A DNA stretch of 64,000 nucleotides from Mobula hypostoma (taxonomy: Eukaryota). The first letter of the stretch is position 1. Each line of letters opens with the position of its first letter. A program made the position numbers and the translations under genes. Positions 40,731 through 53,529 of this stretch are shown one piece after another. The notes under the pieces are model-generated. The model did no database searches. It was not told where the DNA came from and saw only the letters and a program-made list of their open reading frames with translations. The stretch lies in NCBI RefSeq assembly GCF_963921235.1, contig NC_086097.1, positions 215,266,001-215,330,000 of the forward strand, written 5' to 3'.

Positions 40731-41499
40731 TTGAAACATCAAGTCCTAGTACCTCTACATGTACCATTGCAGCACTTTAAGTCAATTGCTTTTAAAGGGT
40801 GTGAAGGGGTACTGCAATGGTACTTTCAAGGAGGTCAGCAACACAACTGTAGTGGATAAATCAGACTTAATTGTGACAGAATGAATCTGTATTTGGGCCT
40901 CAGGGATGGACTTTAACTTCTGAGCGAGAAAGTCAGGTGACAAGTTCCTTCCCATCCAGGAGCAGCAGTGGGTAGGTCATCATCATCAGCACTCTCATCC
41001 CATGCCAGTTACACTGGAAATCCCAGCAGATACAGCAAAGCCCAAGAATTCATCTGTTTATGTATCAAGTGGATGAAGATCCTTGTTTTAGGATGTTTAC
41101 AACAGGGAGGATGAAGACGAATGTGCTCACGATAAGTTGACAATCTTGTCAGCAGAAATAGAGTCAGATCCTTGGTATTAGCATTGGTTTTATTATTGTG
41201 ACATGCACCGAGATAAAACAGAAAGCTTCGTTTTGTGTGCCATCCAGACAGGTCATGCCATCAAGGTAGTAAAAGGAAAAACTGAATGCAGCAGCTGATG
41301 TTCTAGCTGCAGAGAAAGTGAAGTGTAGGTGGGGCAAACAAAGTGCACAATGAGGTAGATTGGGAAATGAAGAGTTTTGTGACTTTGGCGAACATACATG
41401 TTTAAGCCAATCATTAATTTGTCAAAAGGTGACTGCTTGACCATTAGAATAAGGGAGCTAAAATGTCCTCTAGGGAGATAAAACCTGAGAATACGGTGG

Positions 41500-41750
41500 G
41501 ACCAGGGTAGCACTGTAGCATAGCAGTTAACATAATGCTACTACGATGCAAGTTCAATTCCCACCACTGTATGTAAGGAATCTGTAAGTTCTCCTTGTGA
41601 CCGCGTGGGTTTCTTCTGGGTGCTCTTTTCTCCCACATTCCAAATAAGTGTGGGTTAGTAGGATAATTAGTCTCATGGGTGTAACTGGGTGGCACAGACT
41701 CACTGGGCTGGAATGGCCCATTGCCATGCTTTATCTCTAAAAAAGATAAA
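41500..41750 (+). mobile_element. Diverged tRNA-derived SINE
   Basis: Similar to the 2719 and 7437 copies. Confidence 0.7.
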
Positions 41751-42448
41751 TAAACTGAATTAGTTAAATAAATGCAGGTTGGATAAGGAATATTATCAAG
41801 GACAGTGGAAGCCTATTCTTTCATTTTATATATATATAAAGTATCTGCTGGTTTTTGATGGATGCCCTTGATGCCAGCAAATTAATTAAGTATATAGAAA
41901 CATAGAAACATATAATCTATGCCATCAAGCTGAAAGGTAACCATATGGGTTTTACTCTCCATTTTTGCTGACAACTGTCAGTTATGCTAAAATTTCTTCC
42001 AATTCTTAGTCAACAAGATGGATTAGACATTAATTGAAACATTCAAAGTGACGTTCATTGCTGTTGTTGAAAAGCAAAACAACTGTTGACTCTTTTCCAT
42101 AGATGCTGCCTGGCCTGCTGCGTTCCTCCAGAGTTTTGTGTCTGTTGCTCAGAAATAGAGATGCTGGAAATCTGAAGCAAAAGACAGGAAGTGCTGGTAA
42201 TACTTGGCCAGTCAGCAGCTCTTGTGGAGAGAGAAACATTATTAATCTTTCAGTTTAATGTCTCTGCATGCATCCATTACTGTAACTTGGATTCTGTACA
42301 ACAGTTGTTGCTTTAAAGCTGTTACACCTTTGAAGGTGGTGTTTTGTGTCAGGGCTGCACCAATGTACAGAGAAAGTTCCAGAAACGGACAGTGGAAAGA
42401 CCTTGGATAAACTTTTTTGTTGTGACTCATATGTTTCACATTGCATAC

Positions 42449-43778
42449 TGTTATGTAACCAGCAACAATGAATATCAATCGAGACAGGTTATATAAAAAC
42501 AACCAAACATTTATTAAACACGGATAAACAATAAAAAACAAACGAAAACCTTAACCAGAAGTTAACCGCTATGCAGCCATTCAACAAACCATCACTCGCT
42601 ACTGGTTCTTAAAGCGTTAAATGCAAAATCAGTTCTTAAAGCAGTAAAGTCAGACACAGTTCTTAAAATGGTAAATTCGAAAGTCCAACAGATTTATACA
42701 TTCAATTGGGAGAGACTTCTCTGGAGAAGGATTTCTTCATCGACGCGACTTTCCTGTTGGTTCTGTCCAAAGGATTCATGATGAAGGAAATAAACGGCTT
42801 AAAAACATAGAAACATAGAAACATAGAAAATAGGTGCAGGAGTAGGCCATTCGGCCCTTCGAGCCTGCACCGCCATTTATTATGATCATGGCTGATCATC
42901 CAACTCAGAACCCAGCCTTCCCTCCATACCCCGTGACCCCTGTAGCCACAAGGGCCATATCTAACTTCCTTTTAAACATAGCTAATGAACTGGCCTCAAC
43001 AGTTTGCTGTGGCAGAGAATTCCACAGATTCACCACTCTCTGTGTGAAGAAGTTTTTCCTAACCTCGGTCCTAAAAGGCTTCTCCTCTATCCTCAAACTG
43101 TGACCCCTCGTTCTAGACCTCCCCAACATCGGGAACAATCTTCCCGCATCTAGCCTGTCCAATCCCTTTAGGATCTTATACGTTTCAATCAGATCCCCCC
43201 TCAATCTTCTAAATTCCAACGAGTACAAGCCCAGTTCATCCAGTCTTTCTTCATATGAACAACTGACCTTATTTCCTAGAGAGCAAACTTTGCATGAACT
43301 TCCTTGCTCTTTTGGCAAGAGTTATCTTCGATGCAGGTCACTACTTCTTCAACAAAGACTCAATAAGGTCGATCCTTTGTTAAACTGTCGAATGATACCA
43401 ACTTCTCTTAATCCTTCGGGTCCTGTACTTCAATGAAGTCTTCACCGTCCCATACTACTAGAAAAAGGTACATCAACAAATCTAGCAAAAATTGCCAATC
43501 CAGCACTATTGTACCTTGCAAAAGAACGTAACACTCCGTTTTACAAATGAAACTGCGTCATAAAGCAAAATGCAACAGAAATGGAGACACACTAACGTTC
43601 GAGCTGGAAAACTAAAAACTAAAAACTAACTGCGTCACCTGAGGTCTTCCCTTATACCCGTGGTGAATATGTCATCATGTGACCTCACATCGGTGGGAAA
43701 ATTACATCAGGTGACCTCCAAAAGACCATTACATCACTCTCACAAAAAAATCACAAGATCTCCTTGAGGTATGTAACA
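42449..43778 (-). mobile_element. Long solo LTR with a nested CR1 3' insertion
   Basis: tgtta...taaca termini; 4-bp TSD atac (42445-42448, 43779-43782). Confidence 0.75.
42802..43259 (-). mobile_element. Young CR1 3' end
   Basis: SYEERLDELGLYSLEFRRLRGDLIETYK...TRGH..; (aaacatag)n tail; very similar to 56136-56452. Confidence 0.9.
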
Positions 43779-44499
43779 ATACTCCACAATGTTCTGAAAA
43801 AATGACTTTACTGAAGTGTTGCTTTCCAAGGATGTGGCTTGATCTGGCATTTTCTAATTTATTCTGGATTTTCAGCATCTGCATTGTTCTGTACCAGTTA
43901 CTCCGACATGTGCAAGAAGCCAAGTGCTGTCTCTGAACACAGGCTTCACGCTGGCAGTAAGATGGGATGGCAAAGAATCGACACCATCCAAAACAATAAA
44001 GTTAACAAGGACATTGATAGAAAGCATGGCTGCACCAGTGGATGAGCCTGGAAAACTCACAACTAATCGTAGCATGTCTGAGGGTTTGAGCAGAAGGAAG
44101 TGTCAGCTGCAAAATTTACAGCAGATGCTTCTGGAACTTGCTTGACCGATAATTGTGTAAGTGGAAGACAGAACAAAAGGCAGTCCAGTCCCAGAGTGAC
44201 AAAACTAGCAACATTTCTGACGTACCCAAAGTGCTGAAACTCCTCAAATTGGACATTGATCGGGTGAAGTGATTTCCATGCAAATTAGGTTATGGAAATG
44301 GCTGGCAAGGCAGAAATGCTTGGAACAAGAATGCAAGAAGGTAATCACGTTAGCTGACATTGGAAAGCTTACTTGCCCATTATCATAGGGTGATTGATAT
44401 CCCATACAAAGATGGAAAAGAAAAGTTACAAAGGCAGTTCAACCCTGTGACATTGGAGATTGTGCAGAGTTATAAGGTAGGAGTGGTGATCATAAATGA

Positions 44500-45560
44500 A
44501 GTTATAAAGCTATACAGAATGGAAGCATATCTTTCATCCCAACTCAACCATGCTGAGCTAGGTGTCTACCTGAGTTAGTCCTATTTGTATACCAATATCT
44601 TGCTGAACCTTTCTTATCCATATATCAGTTCAAATGTCTTTTAAATATTGTAAATGTTTCTTCATTTGGCAGCTTGTTCTGATTACCTTTGTCGTAAACA
44701 AAAACTTACACCACAGGTACTCTTTAATTTTTTTTTCTCTTTCAACTTAAACATATATCCTCTAGTTTTAGACTCCCATGCCATGAGAAAAAGACTGGAA
44801 CCCGCAACCATCTGCCAATCATGATTTATAAACTCTTTAAGGTCATCTCTCAAACTCCTTCGCTTCAGGGAAGAACCGTTCTATCCAGTCTCTCCTTATA
44901 ACATAAGACCCTCAGTCCCAGCAACATCCTTGTGAATCTTCTCCGCAACCTCTCCAGTTTAACGTCCTTTCTATAGTATGCAGTAAATAGCAGAGTGCTG
45001 GGAATGATGTAGAGATAAGAGTCAGGGGTACGGGTGAAGAAGGCACCTGGCATGTTTGCCTTCATCAGTCAGGGCACTGAACACAAGAGCTGAGACTTCC
45101 TGTTGCAACTGTACAAATTGTTGGCGGGTCCGCACTTGGAGAAATACGTGCAGTTCTGGTCACCCAGGTATAGGAAGGATACAATGCAGACTGAATCTCT
45201 TTCCTTTTGAGTGCAGCAAGCCGAACGGTGACCATATAGAGTAATATAAAACCGTGAGGGGCTAAGGTCACAGCCTTTATCCCAAGGTAGGGGAGTCTAA
45301 AACCAGAGGTCACAGAATTAAGATGAGGAGGGAAAGGTGTAAAGGGGACCCATGGGGAAATGTTTCCATATAGACAAGCTGCCAGAGGAAGCTGGAGAGG
45401 ATGTACAATTACAATCTTTAAAAGATATTTGAACCAATACACTGAACGAATAGTTTTAGAGGCATATGACCTAAGCACAGGCAAATAGCACTATCTCACT
45501 ATCTTGACTGGCATGAAGAATTTGGGCTGAAGAGCCTGTTTCTGTGCTGTTTTATGTTTG
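44500..45560. mobile_element. CR1 fragments in opposite orientations
   Basis: Minus-strand ERLRRRFTRML and plus-strand CR1 RT C-terminal remnants. Confidence 0.65.
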
Positions 45561-45631
45561 TATGACTATAGTTTATGTTCTATTGCAGCCTTTCTCAGTC
45601 ATTTTGGCCTGAAGGAACCCTTGAAATATTT

Positions 45632-47225
45632 TTCAGTCAAGAGCTTAGGCAAGATTTTTGACAGCTCTTTAAGGGACACGACACCCATCCAGGCGACCTG
45701 CACCGAGTTGGATGGCTGGCTGAAATCTGGCCTACCTGGGAAGTTTAAAGCCTGGGTGTATCAGCATGGCATTCTTCCCAGAATCCTGTGGCCCCTCCTC
45801 GTCTATGCAGTTCCGATCTCGACAGTCGAAACCTTAGAGAGGAGGGTTAGCAACCACCTCAGGAGATGGCTGGGGCTGCCAAAGAGCCTGAGCAGCATCG
45901 CACTCTATGGACACCACAACAAACTGCAACTGCCCTTCAAATCCTTGGAGGAAGAATTCAAGGAAACAAGAGCCAGAGGAGTGCTACAGTATAGGGACTC
46001 AAGTGACCCGAAGGTGGCTAGAGCAGGGATCCAAGTAAGTACTGGCAGGAAGTGGAGGGCAGAGGAAGCTGTTCAGGAGGCAGAGGCGAGGCTGTGTCAC
46101 TGGAGGCTGGTGGGAGTGGTCACACGAGGCTGAGCCGGGCTAGGATCCTTTCCAACTCCCCAAATGGACACCAGACGGAAGGAAAGTCTAGTTCAGGAGG
46201 AGGTGAGAGCAGTAGTGGAGGAGATGAGAGCTTGCAAGGCGATGGGAATGAAGCAACAGGGAGCTTGGACAAGATGGGACAATGTGGTTGAAAGGAAAGT
46301 GATCTGGGCTGATCTTTGGAAAGCCGAACCACACCGCATCCAATTTCTCATCCAGGCAGTGTACAATGTGCTTCCAACCCCATCAAACCTGCACACATGG
46401 GGGAAGGCAGAGTCATCTGCGTGCCCACTGTGCTCCAAGCGAGGAACCCTGGAGCACATCCTCAGCAGCTGCGCAAGGGCATTTGGTGAGGGACGGTACC
46501 GATGGAGGCATGATCAGGTCCTGAAGACCATCGCTGAAGCCGTCAGCGCAGGAGTTGAGTGGGCGAAGCGGTCCCGACCCTCCAAGCAGACCATTGCCTT
46601 TGTCAGAGCTGGGGAGCAGCCAATACCTGCCAAAAGAACATCTGCAGGCATTCTGACCTCCGCAAGGGACTGGCAGCTGCTGGTGGACCTTGAAGGGCAG
46701 CTGAAGTTCCCCAACCATATCGCAGCCACCACCCTGCAACCAGACATTGTCCTAGTGTCTTAGTCGACTAAGCAAGTGGTGCTGTTGGAGCTGACAGTCC
46801 CATGGGAAGATTGCTTGGGAGAGGCCTTTGAAAGGAAGCTCTCCAAGTACGCAGGACTGGTCAGCAACTGTCAGCAGGCTGGATGGAGAGCGAGGTGTCT
46901 CCCAGTGGAGGTTGGGTGTAGGGGATTCGCAGCCCGTTCCTTGGTTGGAGCCTTCAGCATTTTGGGCATCGAGGGAGAGAGGAAGAGGGGAGCCATCCAC
47001 AGCACCACCGATGCAGCAGAGAGGGCCTCAAGATGGCTGTGGCTCAAAAGAGGGGAGCCATGGAGTCATAAGTAGCTAGCCATCTGGACACAAGCTGGGG
47101 TCTGATCAGCCCCGGCTGGGTCACCTGGAGGAGGGTGTATGATGTTGAAAGACCCGAAACACCCGGTGATTCCAGAAACATCACTGAAGATGTGTCCAGA
47201 AGCATCAGTCGATGTATGTACACAG
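45632..47225 (+). mobile_element. HERO-type (R2 group, RLE) non-LTR retrotransposon, 5'-truncated
   Basis: One reading frame with two stops (46131, 46761): VKSLGK, LPGKFKAW, CCHC knuckle CPLCSKRGTLEHILSSC, RHDQVL, QPDIV..ELTVPWE..K endonuclease; structured 3' UTR. Confidence 0.92.
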
Positions 47226-47802
47226 CAGGCCTCAGAGAAGCCCTGCATAAAAATTATTATATCTACAGCTCACAGTATGTTAGTGTGATCAGTAAGTTGT
47301 AGATATAATAATCCAAAAATAATTATCAATGCTCTTTTGACTAGAGAATGAATTTTTAGCCAACTTTTCTTGAAAAATACAGGTAATTAAGCTTAGCTTA
47401 CCTTTATTGAAATTAATCTCTTTCTTTCCCTTTCATAAATTTTAAAAACTCATAAGGCAAACATAATAAATTTCTGTTAAATAACTAGCTTAAGCCAAAA
47501 TGGGATTTAATTTTTCTAAAAATAGGCTTGGTAGATTTAATTTCAATAAAGGTTGTAAATTGATTTTAATTAATGTTATTTACAACATGAAAATTTATTG
47601 ACAATGTTGAATACTAAAGTTACTAAAAATCACAACCAAAGCAATATGAATAAAAATATAGCCTAAAACACAATTTTTTGCAAGACTTTGAAAAAACATT
47701 TTCTTACCAAGTGACATGATAGGCCTAGCATGTGAAACCTGTGACATACATCAAAGTTGCTGGTGAACGCAGCAGGCCAAGCAGCATCTATAGGAAGAGG
47801 CG

Positions 47803-47840
47803 CAGTCGACGTTTCAGGCCGAGACCCTTCGTCAGGACTA
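47803..47840 (-). ncRNA. Minimal type I hammerhead ribozyme motif (Penelope pLTR)
   Basis: Reverse complement: tagtc CTGACGA agg gtctcgg cct GAAA cGTC gactg. Confidence 0.75.
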
Positions 47841-48926
47841 ACTGAAGGAAGAGTTAGTAAGGGATTTGAACGCTGGAGGGGGAGGGGGAGATGCAAAATG
47901 ATAGGAGAAGACAGGAGGGGGAGGGATAGAGCCGAGAGCTGGACAGGTGATTGGCAAAAGGGGATACGAGAGGATCATGGGTCAGGAGGTCCGGGAAGAA
48001 AGACAAGGGGGGGTGTGACCCAGAGGATGGGCAAGAGGTATATTCAGAGGGACAGAGGGAGAAAAAGGAGAGTGAGAGAAAGAATGTGTGCATAAAAATG
48101 AGTAACAGATGGGGTACGAGGGGGAGGTGGGGCCTTAGCGGAAGTTAGAGAAGTCGATGTTCATGCCATCAGGTTGGAGGCTAGCCAGATGGAATATAAG
48201 GTGTTGTTCCTCCAACCTGAGGGTGGCTTCATCTTTACAGTAGAGGAGGCCGTGGATAGACATGTCAGAATGGGAATGGGATGTGGAATTAAAATGTGTG
48301 GCCACTGGGAGATCCTGCTTTCTCTGGCGGACAGAGCGTAGATGTTCAGCAAAGCGGTCTCCCAGTCTGCGTCGGGTCTCACCAATATATAAAAGGCCAC
48401 ATCGGGAGCACCGGACGCAGTATATCACCCCAGTCGACTCACAGGTGAAGTGATGCCTCACCTGGAAGGACTGTTTGGGGCCCTGAATGGTGGTAAGGGA
48501 GGAAGTGTAAGGGCATGTGTAGCACTTGCTCCGCTTACACGGATAAGTGCCAGGAGGGAGATCAGTGGGGAGGGATGGGGGGGACGAATGGACAAGGGAG
48601 TTGTGTAGGGAGTGATCCCTGCGGAATGCAGAGGGGGGGGAGGGAAAGATGTGCTTAGTGGTGGGATCCCATTGGAGGTGGCGGAAGTTATCACTCTCCT
48701 TTTTCTCCCTCTGTCCCTCTGAATATACCTCTTGCCCATCCTCTGAGTCACCCCCCCCCCTTGTCTTTCTTCCCGGACCTCCTGTCCCATGATCCTCTTG
48801 TATCCCCTTTTGCCTATCACCTGTCCAGCTCTCGGCTATATCCCTCCCCCTCCTGTCTTCTCCTATCATTTTGCATCTCCCCCTCCCCCTCCAGCTTTCA
48901 AATCCCTTACTCACTCTTCCTTCAGT

Positions 48927-48964
48927 TAGTCCTGACGAAGGGTCTCGGCCTGAAACGTCGACTG
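48927..48964 (+). ncRNA. Minimal type I hammerhead ribozyme motif (Penelope pLTR)
   Basis: Stem I tagtc/gactg; core CTGACGA; stem II agg/cct; GAAA; palindromic ACGT stem III; GUC cleavage triplet. Confidence 0.75.
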
Positions 48965-49459
48965 CGCCTCTTCCTATAGATGCTGCTTGGCCTGCTGCGT
49001 TCACCAGCAACTTTGATGTGTGTTGCCTGAATTTCCAGCATCTGCAGAATTCCTGTTGTTTATGTGAAACCTGTGCTTGTTTATTGCTGCGCAAGTACTC
49101 AATTTTGGGTCAAACTTGACATAAGCAATCACAGATTTCACCTTCAACTGAAATGAGATGATTTCTATCCTTGCTCTTGAACAAGAAAAAGCTTGTTCAC
49201 TCACACAAGGAGTTGAAAACTGCAGGAAAATGTTCATTGCTTTCCTATGAATGGCAGGATACCCTTCTTTCACAGAAATCTAGAACGAGACCAGGGTCTG
49301 GTTAGCAAGTTGCTTCCTGAGTACGCAGTCAGACTGCAGCACACAACATTCTTCCTCTTCTCTCAAAGTTAATTTCTCAAGCTGAGCAGAAGACTCAGAG
49401 AAAGGGTCCTCTCCCAGTCATACGCTTATGTTGAAAGAGAGGGAAAATTTCATAAGGCT

Positions 49460-52400
49460 ATAACACAAAGGACCAGAATTAGGCCATTTGGTCCATTGAC
49501 TCTGCTCCGCCATTCATTCATGGCCGATCCTTTCTCCCCCTCCTCAACCCCACTCCTTCTCCCCATAACATTTGAAGCCATGGCCAATCACTGCCTTAAA
49601 TACACCCAACAACCTGGCCTCCACAGCTGCCTGTGGTAACAAATTCCACAAATTCACCACACTCTGACTGAAGAAATTTCTCCGTATCTCCATTTTAAAA
49701 GGATTCTCTTCTATCCTGAGGTTGTGCTCTCTTGTCTGGGACTCCCCCACCATGGGAAGCATCCTTTCCACATCAATTTTGTCTCGGCCTTTCAACATTC
49801 GAACGGTTTCAATGAGATCCACTGTTATCCTTCTGTATTCCAGCAAGTACAGGCCCAGAGCCATCAAACGCTCTGCATATGACAAGCAATTCCATCCTGG
49901 AATCATTTTTGTGAGCCTTCTTTGAACCAACTCCAGTGTCAGCACATCTTTTCTAAGATAAGGGGCCAAAACTGCTCACGATACTCTAAGTTTTCAGCAT
50001 AAAGCCTCAGCATCACATCCTTGCTTTTATATTCTAGTCCTCTTGAAATGAATACTAACATTGCATTTGCCTTTCTTTCCGCCAACTCAGACTCCAAATT
50101 AACCTTCAGCAAATCATGCGCAAGGACTCCCAAGTACCTTTGCACCTCTGACTTTTGAAATTTCTCCCCAGTTAGAAAATAATCCACTCTTTTATTTCTT
50201 CTACCAAAGTGCATGGCCATACACTTCCCAATACTGTATTCTATCTGCCACTTCTTTGCCCATTCTCCTTTTTCTAAGTCCTCCTGTAACATCTCCACTT
50301 CATCAAAACTACCTGCGCCTTCACCTATCTTCATATTGTCTGTAAACTTTGCAACAAAGCCATCAATTCCATCATCCAAATCATAGACATATAGCATAAA
50401 AAAGTGGTCCTGACACAGACCCCTGAGGAACATCACTAGTCACCGGCAGCCAACCAGAAAAGGCTCCCTTTATCCCCACTCTTTGCCTTCTGCCAATCAG
50501 CCACTGCATGCTTGATAAGCAGCTTCATGTGTGGCACCTTGTCAAAGGCCTTCTGAAAATCCAAGTGCACAACATCCACAAATTTTCCTTTGTCTACCCT
50601 GCTTGTTTTTTCTTCAAAGAATTCCAACAGATTTGTCAGGCAAAATTTTTCTTTGAGGAAACCATGTTGATTAAGGCCTTTTTTAAAATCATGTGCCTCT
50701 AAGTACCCCTTAACCATGACCTAAATAATCAACTAGAACATCTTCCCAACCACTGAGGTCAAACTAACTGGCCTATCATTTCCTTTCTTCTGCCTCTCTC
50801 CCTTCTTGAAGAACAGAGTGACATTTGCAATTTTCCACTCTTCTGGAACCATTCCAGTATCTAATGATTCTTGAAAGATCATTACTAATGCCTCCACGAT
50901 CTCTTCAGCCACCTTTTTCAGAACCCCGGTGTGTTCACCGTCTGATCCTAGTGACTTATCTATCTTCAGACCTTTCAGTTTCCTAAGAAGCTTCTCCCAA
51001 GTAATGGCAACTTCACACCTCTCTGCCCTCAACACTCTCGACCTTCCAGCATATTGCTAATGTCTTCCAAAGTGAAGACTGATGCACAGTACTTATTCAG
51101 TACATTGTCCATTTCCTTGTTCCCATTACTACATCTCCAGCATCATGTTCCAGCAGTCTGATATCCACTCTCACCTCTCCTTTACACTTTATGTATCTGA
51201 AGAAACTTTTAGTATCTTCTTCAATATTATTGGCTAGCTTACCTTCATATTCTACCTTTTTCTTCTTAATGACTTTTTTTAGTTGCCTTCTGATTTTTAA
51301 AAGCTTCCCAATCCTGCAACTTCCCACTCAGTTTTGCCCTATTATATGCCCTCTCTTTGGCTTTTATTTTGGCTGTGACCTCTCTTGTTAGCCACGGTGT
51401 GTGTCAACTTCCTCTTTAGGATGCGCCTTCCAAATTGTTTCCTGAAATTGCAGCCATTGCTGCTCCGTTGCCATTCCTCTCATGCCTTGTAATTTCCTTT
51501 ACGCCACCGTAATACTGATACATCTGACTTTAGCTTCTCCTTATCAAATTTCATGGTGAATTTGATCATTTTATGATCACTTACCCCTAAGGGTTCTTTT
51601 TCCTTAACCTCTCCAATCAATTCTGGTTCATTGCACAACATCCAATCCAGAACAGCTGATTTTCTAGTGGGCTTAACAACAAGCTGCCCTAAAAGTCCAT
51701 TTTGTAAGTATTCTAGAAGTTCCCCCTCTTGGAATCCAGCACCAACATGATTTTCCCAATCTACCTGCATGTTGAAGTTCCGCATGACTATTGCAACATT
51801 GCCCTTTTGGTATGCATTTTCTATCTCCTGTTGTAGTTTGTAGGCAACATCCTTACTACTGTTTGGGGGTCTGTATACAACTCCCATCAGGATCTTTATA
51901 CCTTTGTAGTTCCTCTATCCACAGCGATGCAACACCTTCCAACCCTATGTTACCATTTTCAAATGATTTGATGTCACTTTTTACCAACAGAGCCATGCCA
52001 CCTCCTCTGCCGATCTGCCTGTCCTTTCGATACAAGGTGTATTCTTGGACATTAAGCTCCCAGCTATAATCTTCTTTCAACCATGATTCAATGATGCTTA
52101 CAGCATCATACATGCTAGTTTGGAACTGTGCTACAAGTTCATCTATCTTATTCCATATACTACCTGTATTCAAATATAACACCTTCAATCCTGTATTCAC
52201 GCTTTTCGATTTTGTCCGTCTTTTACATTGCAACTCATTCTGTTGACTGTAATTTTGCCCTATCAACAGCCTCTCCTTGCTGGGAGTTGCACTATACACT
52301 GCCTCTGTTTGTAAACCAACTACCTCATCCTCAGTACTATCCCTTCAGCTTCCACCCCCTGCCGAATTAGTTTAAACCCTCCTGAACAAATCATGCAAAC

Positions 52401-53480
52401 CTGTTCACTAGGATATTTGTTCCCCTCAGGTTCAGGTGTAACTTGCTCTTTTTGTACAGGTTGTTCCCTCCCCAGAAGAGATCCTGATGATCCATAAATC
52501 TGAATCCCTGACCCCTGCACCAGTTCCTCAGCCCTGCATTCACCTGCCAAATCGTCCTATTCTTACTCTCACTGGCATGTGGTATCAGCAGCCATCCAAA
52601 GGTTACTACCTTGGAAGTCCTGCTTTTCAGCTTTCTACCTAACTCCCTAAAATCTCTCTTTAGGACCTCCTCATCTTGTCCACCTATGTTATAGGTGCCA
52701 ATATGCATCAAGACTTTTGGCTGCTCACCCTCCCACTTGAGAATGCCACGGACCCGATCCAAGACATCCCTCTCTGTGGCACCCGGCAGGCAAGGTACCA
52801 TCTAGCTGTCTCTAGTGCACCCACAGAACCCTGTCTCTGTTCCTCTGACTCAGGAATTTCCTATCAGCACTGCAATCCTCTTCACTGCTCTGCTCTTATG
52901 AGCAACAGCACCAGACTCAGTGCCAGAGACCCAGTCACTGTGGTTCCCCCCACTCCCACCCCGCTAAGTTGTCTCCCTCAACAGTATCTAAAGTGGTATT
53001 ATTATTATTTATAAGTGGTATTACTTATTATTGAGGGGAACAGCCACAGGTGTACTCTGCACTGACTGTGCATTTTCCTCCCTTCTCCTGACAGTCTCCT
53101 AGTTACCTGTCTCCTGCAACCTATAGGTACCCGTAGCTCCAGTCTATCACCTTCACATTCTCCCATATGAGTCAAAGGCCAGCAAGCTGCAGTTCCCGTC
53201 CCTTAATGTGTTCTCTCAATAGCTACAGCTCAGTGCACCTGGTGCAGATGTGTTCATCCAGGAGACTGGAGGTATCCCAGGATTCCCACATCCCACACAC
53301 AGTGCAAAACACTGCCCATGGAACTATTCTCACTGCACTAACTGTGCTCTAACAGATGAGGAATGAACAAGTAAGAACAAAAGGAGAAACTTACCAGATA
53401 CTTTACCGGGCCCAAGGCTGGTCTCGCCTAATCCTGATGAGCCGAAGCCACTCTAAACACTGCCACACTCAGAAGGACGG
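49460..53480 (-). mobile_element. Near full-length degenerate CR1 LINE
   Basis: ORF1 esterase 52391-52801 (CLPGA, HIGTYN), APE 51480-52299 (YRPPN, SDH), RT 49544-51035 (DFQKAFDKV, KFTDN). Confidence 0.92.
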
Positions 53481-53529
53481 CCGCTCCACTTGCTCTTGTG
53501 TTATTTTTATAAGGACGTATATGGTAATA

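Larger units (their letters stand above)
47744..49061 (-). mobile_element. Penelope-like element: GIY-YIG 3' part with an inverted pLTR copy
   Basis: CKRSKCYTC, VIYCVRCSRCGLLYIGETRRRLGDRFAEH, PDGMN; about 48692-49061 is an inverted copy of about 47744-48078; 14-bp TSD atgtgaaacctgtg (47730-47743, 49062-49075). Confidence 0.93.
47540..49450 (-). mobile_element. hAT (Buster/Charlie-like) transposase C-terminal remnant, split by Penelope
   Basis: KEGYPAIHRKAMNIFLQFSTPCVSEQAFS...NKQAQVSH dimerisation-domain motif at 49062-49290. Confidence 0.75.

Noticed and set aside
48135..49094. 319-aa ORF as a host gene
   Set aside because: The N-terminal half is antisense pLTR and hAT sequence fused by the inversion to the Penelope GIY-YIG domain.
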